64,000 nt of DNA from an uncultured Candidatus Rokubacteria bacterium (GTDB lineage: Bacteria > Methylomirabilota > Methylomirabilia > Rokubacteriales > CSP1-6): assembly GCA_963747235.1 (NCBI GenBank), contig CAVVEU010000029.1, positions 1 through 64,000 of the forward strand. Reading direction: 5' to 3'. How positions within the stretch are numbered: position 1 is the stretch's first letter; each line of letters begins with the position of its first letter. This document shows, one piece after another, positions 56,203-64,000 of this stretch. A program made the translations under genes and the position numbers. The notes under the pieces were generated by a model that searched no databases, was not told the origin of the DNA, and worked only from the letters and a program-made list of their open reading frames with translations.

Positions 56203-56559
56203 CGCGCAGCGGTCGCTGACAACGCCTCAGCAATGCGCTGAAGCACGCCGTCGGTATTCGAGAGCGCGTCATTGTCCCAGAACCGAAGCACCCGATAGCC
56301 CAGCGCCTGAAGGAGCGCGGTGCGCCCCGCGTCGTAGTCGGCGTGCGCCGCATGCTGGCCACCATCGAGCTCCACGATCAGCTTCCGCTCTCGGCAGCAG
56401 AAGTCGACGACGTAGGGGCCGATCGGTACCTGGCGCGCGAACTTGGCGCCCGAGGAGACGGCGATCGCGAAGACGGGCCCAGATGCGGCGCTCTGCATCG
56501 GTCTGCCGTCTGCGCAACCCGCGCGCGAAGTCGCGCGGTGATTCGCATACAACCAGCAT
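56121..56559 (-). CDS. DUF559 (YcjD/Vsr-like PD-(D/E)xK) endonuclease; indel ~56455
   Basis: ARGLRRRQTDAERRIW.LR, KF.RQVPIGPYVVDF, VELDGGQH, D.RT.L..GYRVLRFW. Confidence 0.9.
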
Positions 56560-56569
56560 CTCGACCTCA

Positions 56570-56604
56570 CCCCTCACCCTGCCCTCTCCCCAGAGGGGAG
56601 AGGG
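56570..56604 (+). repeat. BoxC-like palindrome upstream of DUF559
   Basis: cccctcaccctgccctctccccagaggggagaggg. Confidence 0.9.
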
Positions 56605-56627
56605 TATGTAGGCCGCCAGCGTCTCGC

Positions 56628-57485
56628 TCATCGGGAGAGCTGGCGGAGGGCGGCGCGGTGGGTGTTGCGCATGAGCATCGCGATGGTCATGGGGCCGACG
56701 CCGCCGGGGACCGGGGTGATGGCGCGCGCCTTCGCGGCCACCGACGCGAAATCCACGTCGCCGGTGACCTTGCCGGTGGGCAGGCGGTTCATGCCCACGT
56801 CGATCACGACCACGCCCTCGCGCACCATGTCGCCGGTGACCACGCCCGCCCGCCCGGCCGCGACGCAGAGGATGTCGGCGCGCCGGCAGTGCGCGGCCAG
56901 GTCGCGCGTGCGGGTGTGGCACATGGTGACGGTGGCGTTGCGCCCGAGCAGGAGCTGCGCGAGCGGCTTGCCCACGAGGCGCGAGCGGCCGATCACCACC
57001 GCCTCCGCGCCCTCGATCGGGATGCCGTAGTGGTCGAGGATCTCGACGCACCCGGCCGGGGTGCACGGGATCGCACCCGGCTTGCCGCCGAGCAGGTTGC
57101 CCAGGTTCATCGGGTGCAGGCCATCCGCGTCCTTCTCGGGGGCGATCGCGGCCACCGCGGCGTCCTCGTCCATGCCCTTGGGCAGCGGGAGCTGGAGCAG
57201 GATGCCGTGGACGGCGGGGTCGCGGTTGATGCCCGCGATGGTCGCGAGCAGCTCGGCCTGCGAGCAGCCCTGCGGGAACAGGAAGTCACGCGTGGTGATG
57301 CCCACCTCGTCGGCCGCGCGCTTCTTGTTGCGCACGTAGATCTGGGAGGCGGGGTCCTCGCCGACCAGGATGACCGCGAGCGTGGGGTGCGCGCCCGTCT
57401 TCTCCCGGAGCGCGGCGACGTCGGCCTTCACCTCGGCCAAGACCTTCGCCGCGACTTCCTTGCCGCTCAGGATCTGCGCCGACAC
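56628..57485 (-). CDS. folD: Methylene-THF dehydrogenase/cyclohydrolase
   Basis: YVRNK, QLPLP, KDADG, PCTP, TPVPGGVGPMT. Confidence 0.96.
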   Translation of the reverse strand: MSAQILSGKEVAAKVLAEVKADVAALREKTGAHPTLAVILVGEDPASQIYVRNKKRAADEVGITTRDFLFPQGCSQAELLATIAGINRDPAVHGILLQLPLPKGMDEDAAVAAIAPEKDADGLHPMNLGNLLGGKPGAIPCTPAGCVEILDHYGIPIEGAEAVVIGRSRLVGKPLAQLLLGRNATVTMCHTRTRDLAAHCRRADILCVAAGRAGVVTGDMVREGVVVIDVGMNRLPTGKVTGDVDFASVAAKARAITPVPGGVGPMTIAMLMRNTHRAALRQLSR

Positions 57486-57487
57486 GG

Positions 57488-58282
57488 TCAGCCGGCGAGA
57501 GGGACGCGCAGACGCTCGATGGACAGCCCGCGACCGGTTTCGGGATCGATGCGGATCACCGCGCCCTGGAGCATGGCCGGCCCCTTGGCGGGCTCGAAGC
57601 GGTTCGGCATCCCCGAGAGGAAGCGGGCGAGGGCCAGCTCGGGCTCGACGCCGATGACCGAGTCCGTCGGGCCGGTGAGCCCCAGATCCGTGATGTAGGC
57701 GGTGCCCTTGGGCAGGAGCCGCTCGTCCGCGGTCTGCACGTGGCGGTGCGTGCCGACCACCACGCTCACCCGCCCGTCGAGGTGCCAGCCCATGGCCTGC
57801 GACTCGGACGTCGCCTCGGCGTGCATGTCCACCACGATGATCGACGTCTCGGCCCGGAGGCGCTCGAGCTCCTCGTCCGCCTTGCGGAAGGGGCAATCGA
57901 GCTGGGGCAGGAACACGCGGCCCATCAGGTTGAGCACCGCGACCTTGTGCGGCCCGGCCTTGATCACGATGGACCCGGCGCCGGGAGTGCCCGGCGGGTA
58001 GTTGGCCGGGCGCAGGAGCAGGTTCTCCTTGCCGATGTACTCGATGATCTCCTTCTTGTCCCAGATGTGATTGCCGGAGGTCATCACGTCCACGCCCTGC
58101 TCGAGGAAGGTCCGCGCGATCTGCGGCGTGACCCCGAAGCCCGAGGCCGAGTTCTCCACGTTGACCACCGCGAGATCGGCCTCGTGCTGCTTCTTGAGCT
58201 TTGGCAGCAGCATCTGCACCGCGCGCCGGCCCGGCTCGCCGAACACGTCGCCCACGCAGATGACGGTGAGCGGCTTGGTCAC
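57488..58282 (-). CDS. ymdB: YmdB/TIGR00282 metallophosphoesterase
   Basis: [33 protein letters not shown]. Confidence 0.93.
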   Translation of the reverse strand: MTKPLTVICVGDVFGEPGRRAVQMLLPKLKKQHEADLAVVNVENSASGFGVTPQIARTFLEQGVDVMTSGNHIWDKKEIIEYIGKENLLLRPANYPPGTPGAGSIVIKAGPHKVAVLNLMGRVFLPQLDCPFRKADEELERLRAETSIIVVDMHAEATSESQAMGWHLDGRVSVVVGTHRHVQTADERLLPKGTAYITDLGLTGPTDSVIGVEPELALARFLSGMPNRFEPAKGPAMLQGAVIRIDPETGRGLSIERLRVPLAG

Positions 58283-59920
58283 TTGGCCACCTCGACCGCG
58301 CGGGTCTCGCGGATCACCACGACCTTGATGTGGCCGGGGTACTGCATCTCGGCCTCGATGCGCTTGGAGATGTCCTTGGCGAGCTGGTGGGCGTCGAGGT
58401 CGGAGATCTGCTCGGCCTTGGTCATGATCCGCAGCTCGCGGCCGGCCTGGATCGCGTAGCAGAGCTCCACGCCCTTGTAGGACATGGCGATCTCTTCCAG
58501 CTTCGCCAGGCGCTTGATGTAGCTCTCGAGGACGTCGCGGCGCGCGCCCGGCCGGGCCGCCGAGATGCCGTCGGCGGCCTCGGTGAGCACCGCCTCGATC
58601 GTCTCGGCCTCGACGTTCTCGTGCCCGCAGAGCGCCGCGTTGATCACCTGCGGCGACTCGTTGTACTTGGTGAGCACCTGCAGCGAGAGCTCGGGGTGGC
58701 TCCCCTCCTGCTCGTGGGTGAGGGCCTTGCCGATGTCGTGGAGCAGGCCCATCCGCTTGGCGAGCTGCACGTCGGCGCCGATCTCGGCCGCCATCATGCC
58801 GGCCAGCCACGCCACTTCCTTCGAGTGTTGCAGGCAGTTCTGCCCGTACGAGGTGCGGAACTTCATCCGGCCCGACCAGCTTGATCAGCTCGGGATGCAG
58901 CCCGTGCACGCCCACCTCGAAGCAGGCCTTCTCGCCCTCCTCGCGCAGGTGCTGCTCCATGTCCTTCTTGACCTTCTCGACCACCTCTTCGATGCGGGCC
59001 GGGTGAATGCGCCCGTCCGCGATCAGCCGCTGGAGCGCCAGCCGCGCGATCTCCCGGCGGTACGGATCGTAGGCCGAGATCAGCACCGCTTCCGGCGTGT
59101 CGTCCACGATCAGGTCCACGCCGGTGAAGCTCTCGAGCGCGCGGATGTTGCGGCCCTCGCGCCCGATGATGCGGCCCTTCATGTCGTCGGAGGGCAGGTC
59201 CACGATGGACACCGCGGTCTCCACCGTGTAGTCCGGAGCCAGGCGCTGGATCGTGGTGGCCAGCACCTCCTTGGCCTTCATGTGGGCGGTCTCGCGCGCC
59301 TCTTCCTCGAGGCGCATGCCGAGGAGCTGGGCCTCGCGCCGGGATTCGATCTCGACCTGCGCCATGAGCTGGCGCTTGGCCTCCTCGCTGGTGAGCCCCG
59401 CGACGGCCTCGAGCTTGCGGCGCTGCTCCTCGAGGGCCGAGCCCAGCCGCGCCTCCTTGTCCCCGAGGCTCCGCTCCCGCTCGCCCAGGGCCCGCTCGCG
59501 ATTCTGGAATTCGGAGTCGCGCCGGTCGAGCTGATCCAGCCGGCGGCCGATCTGCTCCTCCTGCTGCGCGACGCGTCGCTCCAGCTCCTGCAGCTCCCGC
59601 TGGCGGGCGCGCGTTTCCTGGTCCAGCTCGGCGCGCGCCTTGAGCGCCATCTCCTTGGCCTCGAGCTCGACGCTGCGGATCTTGGTCTCGGCGTCGCGGG
59701 CCCGGGCCTCGGCCTCGCGCGTCTTGCCCTCGGCGTCCCCGCGCGCCTGCTCGGCCAGCCGCTTGGCGTCGTCCACGATGCGGTTGGCGCGGCCTTGCGC
59801 ATCGGCGAGCGTGCGGGCTGCGACGGCGCGGGCTCCGAAATGTCCCCCGAGATATCCAGCGACGGCGGCGAGGAGGGCGACGACCGGCACCACCACCACC
59901 AGCCAGGTCATGGCGTTCAT
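58279..59920 (-). CDS. rny: Ribonuclease Y; indel ~58870
   Basis: TM, coiled coil, KH ([12 protein letters not shown]), HD (LLHDIGK). Confidence 0.96.
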
Positions 59921-60004
59921 CGATCACTCCATCCCGGGTCGTGACCCGGTCAGGATCATGTGCACTTGAGGTAGCGGGCGGCAAATAGCCGCGAAAGTTG
60001 ACGA

Positions 60005-60034
60005 ATTATAGGCCCCACCGGGGAAGAAAGTCAA
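60005..60034 (-). promoter_or_regulatory. sigma70 promoter of the rny operon
   Basis: TTGACT-N18-TATAAT. Confidence 0.7.
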
Positions 60035-60061
60035 CGAAGCGGGAGAGAGCTACGGAGACGA

Positions 60062-60243
60062 AAACGCCCCACCTCTGCCGTGTGCCGACGGTGTTTCGAA
60101 CCTGGTATGCACCAGGTGGGCGCCAAAATGGAGGGCTTCAGGCTTCCCCTCCTAGGAGGGGCGTGCGCACCACCCTCGTGAGCGGCTCCCAATCTTTAAA
60201 CGAGGTTGAAACTTCCCCCCGGCATCACGCACAGCGTAGGGCC
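60062..60243 (-). ncRNA. ssrS: 6S RNA
   Basis: ~180-nt intergenic region between zapA and rny (canonical synteny); ends pair (gccc..ctgtgcgtg..gccg / cggcacacggcag..gggc); own TTGACC-N18-TACACA promoter. Confidence 0.8.
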
Positions 60244-60279
60244 TCTTCTGTGTACCCCCGGCCCCGCCGGCGGGTCAAG

Positions 60280-60582
60280 CTACTTTTCGGGCACCACCGC
60301 GTCCAGGAGTTGCCGCAGCGCGCCGAGGCGGGCGGTGACGTCCTTGTGGTCCACGTCCTGCTCCTTGCGCTCCTCGCGGAGGCGAAAGAGCTCGTCGGCC
60401 ACGTCCAGAGCGGTGAGGGCCAGCACCCGGGCCGGATCCCCGCCGGAGGCCTCGCCGCGGATCTCCCGGGCGCGGCCGTCCACGAAGGTGGCGAGCTTGC
60501 GGACCCACTCGGGCGCCGCCTCGCTCCGGATGGGGTACTTCTGGCCCAGGATCTCGATGTCGACGCGCTGCTTCTCCGCCAT
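60280..60582 (-). CDS. zapA: Cell division protein ZapA
   Basis: IEILGQKYPI, LALTALDVADE. Confidence 0.88.
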   Translation of the reverse strand: MAEKQRVDIEILGQKYPIRSEAAPEWVRKLATFVDGRAREIRGEASGGDPARVLALTALDVADELFRLREERKEQDVDHKDVTARLGALRQLLDAVVPEK

Positions 60583-60673
60583 TTTGAAGCCCTCTTTGTA
60601 TTCGCTCGGCTCGATTCCCGGATCCGCTCGGCTCGCCTTCGGCTGTCACCTCGCCCTGCCACGGCTGCACGTC

Positions 60674-60919
60674 CTACTGGATGTCGAGCCGGTCGAGCTC
60701 CTTGAGGATGCCGTCCACCTGGGCCAGCACTTCCTTGCGCTCCTGCCGCAGGCTCGTGAGCTCCGCGCGCTCCCCTTCCGCGTGGTGGAGCTTGGCCTCG
60801 AGGCCCGCGACCTTGGCCTGCAGGTTGTCGCGCTCCTTGCGCAGCCGGGTGATCGTCTCCGCGGCGCGGCGCACCGACTTCTCGAGCTGCTCGAGCCGTT
60901 CCGTCAGCCCCTCGGCCAT
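60674..60919 (-). CDS. ZapB-like coiled-coil protein
   Basis: 81-aa coiled coil between pheT and zapA; GGAGG RBS. Confidence 0.75.
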   Translation of the reverse strand: MAEGLTERLEQLEKSVRRAAETITRLRKERDNLQAKVAGLEAKLHHAEGERAELTSLRQERKEVLAQVDGILKELDRLDIQ

Positions 60920-60930
60920 CCGGTCCTCCG

Positions 60931-64000
<3,070 letters not shown>

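Overview
High-GC bacterial DNA, inferred to be Ca. Rokubacteria/Methylomirabilota-like from the expanded 'RADQVIE' substrate-binding-protein family and the gene content. Scattered 1-nt indels, also present in rny, look like long-read errors. The window has three zones. (1) 1-27.3 kb is accessory metabolism: perR-rubrerythrin remnant-katG, a Mo oxidoreductase, hydrolases, an amidohydrolase/amidase/transketolase/aldolase cluster, an out-of-context leuS, and gene-fragment scars. (2) 27.3-50 kb is an integration hotspot 3' of tRNA-fMet (49903-49979, minus). It has five tRNA-3'-end att scars of three crossover classes, a repeated arm/terminator module and no integrase. Nested inside is an array of ABC substrate-binding-protein genes whose conserved ~50-bp 3' tail also occurs alone after unrelated cargo. 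(3) 50-64 kb is the core block pheS-pheT-zapB-zapA-6S RNA-rny-ymdB-folD-xseA-xseB-ispA-eno-ftsB-GT2. A DUF559 nuclease flanked by BoxC-like palindromes sits between folD and xseA with a 12-bp direct repeat. A dispersed repeat family carrying a sigma70 promoter occurs at about 2.9, 6.6, 30.8 and 31.8 kb. Best candidate novel systems: the DUF559/BoxC mobile unit, the SBP-tail cassette array, the integrase-less tRNA islet stack and the portable-promoter repeat.
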